Part shown: positions 62,985 through 64,000 of the stretch, one piece after another | Position numbering within the stretch: position 1 is the first letter of the stretch | Layout: each line of letters begins with the position of its first letter | Assembly: GCA_030704615.1 (NCBI GenBank) | Contig: CM060731.1 | Span: forward strand, 6,944,001-7,008,000 | Length of the DNA stretch: 64,000 bases | Direction of reading: 5' to 3' | Source: Takakia lepidozioides | Taxonomy: Eukaryota > Plantae > Bryophyta | Made by a program: the position numbers and the translations under genes | The notes under the pieces: model-generated | The model's database searches: none | What the model saw: only the letters and a program-made list of their open reading frames with translations | Told to the model about the DNA's origin: nothing

Positions 62985-64000
62985 CACTACAAGAAAAAGG
63001 GGGGGGGGGGGGGGGGGGGGGTTTTCGACGCCGCGGTGTCGTAAAACAACCCTTTTCGGGCCGGGGAAAAAACCAAATTTGCGACGCCCGGGCGTCGCAA
63101 AGGCGTCGCCAAAAAAACGTCACAAATTTGCGACCAATGGGGATCGCAAATATGCGAAACCGTGATTTGCGACGCCCGGATGTCAGGGGGAAAAAAAAAA
63201 AAAAAAAAAAAAAAAAAACTACTCTACAATGCAGAATTAGCACCATCCGGGGGTCGCAAAGTGCAACGCCCGGACGTCACAATTTAAGGGGGTACATTTG
63301 AATTTAGGCGGGAAAATTTGAATTTGAAATTTGAAAAACTTGTTGACCATTGACCCTGGCGCTGACCATTGAATCCGGTTCTGTCTAATGGCGATATGTT
63401 CATTGTTCTACATATATCATGCAACGCATACTTGAACCTAAGACCTCCACGTTACAACATTTATAAGACACTACAAACTAACCAACACACCAACGTTACC
63501 TCTATATATCACAAAAGCAATTTAAATATATATATATATATAAAGATTTCCTTCAAGTTCCTTCAAGTTCCTTCTAAGGAGGTCTCTCTTGTGACGCCGG
63601 GGAGTTGCAACCTCCACAGCCTTAGTGCCCAGCCCCAGCCCCAGTCCCAGCATTGTCGCCGTTGTTGTATCCCCCCACCACCAGACATCCTTGTGTGGAC
63701 CTAAGCTGACCACAACACCATTGCGACCCCCTGACGTCGCAACGTTGGGCGTCCCAGCGCGGGATGCTCCCAGCGACGCTTTTGTGAAGTTGAGGGCCGC
63801 AAAGCCCAAAAAAAAAAAAAAAAAAAACTCCCACTGTGGTGATGTTGTTGCAACGCCGTGGCATCGCAGAGGCGTTGGGGCGCCCTTAGTGACGCTTTTG
63901 CGACGCCGAGGCGTCACAACGTCCAATTTTTTTTATTTTTTTTATTTTTTTCCTTGGATTTCCGACGCCGGGGCGTCGCAAGAAAAAAAATCCGTCGCAG
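62985..64000 (+). mobile_element. Left end of a second CACTA element, extends beyond window
   Basis: CACTACAAGAAAA (canonical En/Spm TIR) at 62985, preceded by AAA; dense GCGACGCC/GGCGTCGC subterminal repeats in both orientations. Confidence 0.9.

Noticed and set aside
37262-62997. Pairing the two CACTA termini (both next to AAA) as one element enclosing PDAT
   Set aside because: They face outward, and have different TIR and subterminal sequences.
62591-63301. 236-aa ORF as an intact gene
   Set aside because: It reads through the CACTA TIR, poly-G and poly-A tracts; it is chimeric.

Overview
Intron-rich eukaryotic DNA, most likely from a non-seed land plant (bryophyte, lycophyte or fern; inferred from the PLS/DYW PPR fragments and the PDAT exon structure). 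The only clearly intact host gene is a six-exon PDAT on the minus strand (48348-42726). Positions 1 to ~40,500 are a nest of DNA transposons. A Mutator-like (MULE) gene is cut by the right end of a large CACTA element, which has divergent TnpA/TnpD genes and PPR-DYW cargo. The TnpA gene is itself split by an 11.4 kb element (B, 11072-22450), and a second, divergent member of the same family (A) runs off the left edge. Both A and B pair two spliced genes head-to-head: (i) a GCM-like Zn domain + Mutator-type DDE + SWIM transposase, and (ii) a ParB/Srx-like gene (DGNHR motif) that in B ends in a beta-class amino (N4C/N6A) DNA-methyltransferase-like domain. Each element carries its own 22-24 bp palindrome family. 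In A these form a 53-bp-periodic array whose half-site (ATGCGG) matches the core of the GCM binding site. This ParB-MTase-carrying GCM-MULE family is the main candidate novel system. Both transposase copies and B's cargo gene are visibly decayed. The right part has a piggyBac-like TTAA MITE, tandem duplications, decayed TE-like genes and the left end of a second CACTA. All domain calls are by-eye motif recognition, not database searches.
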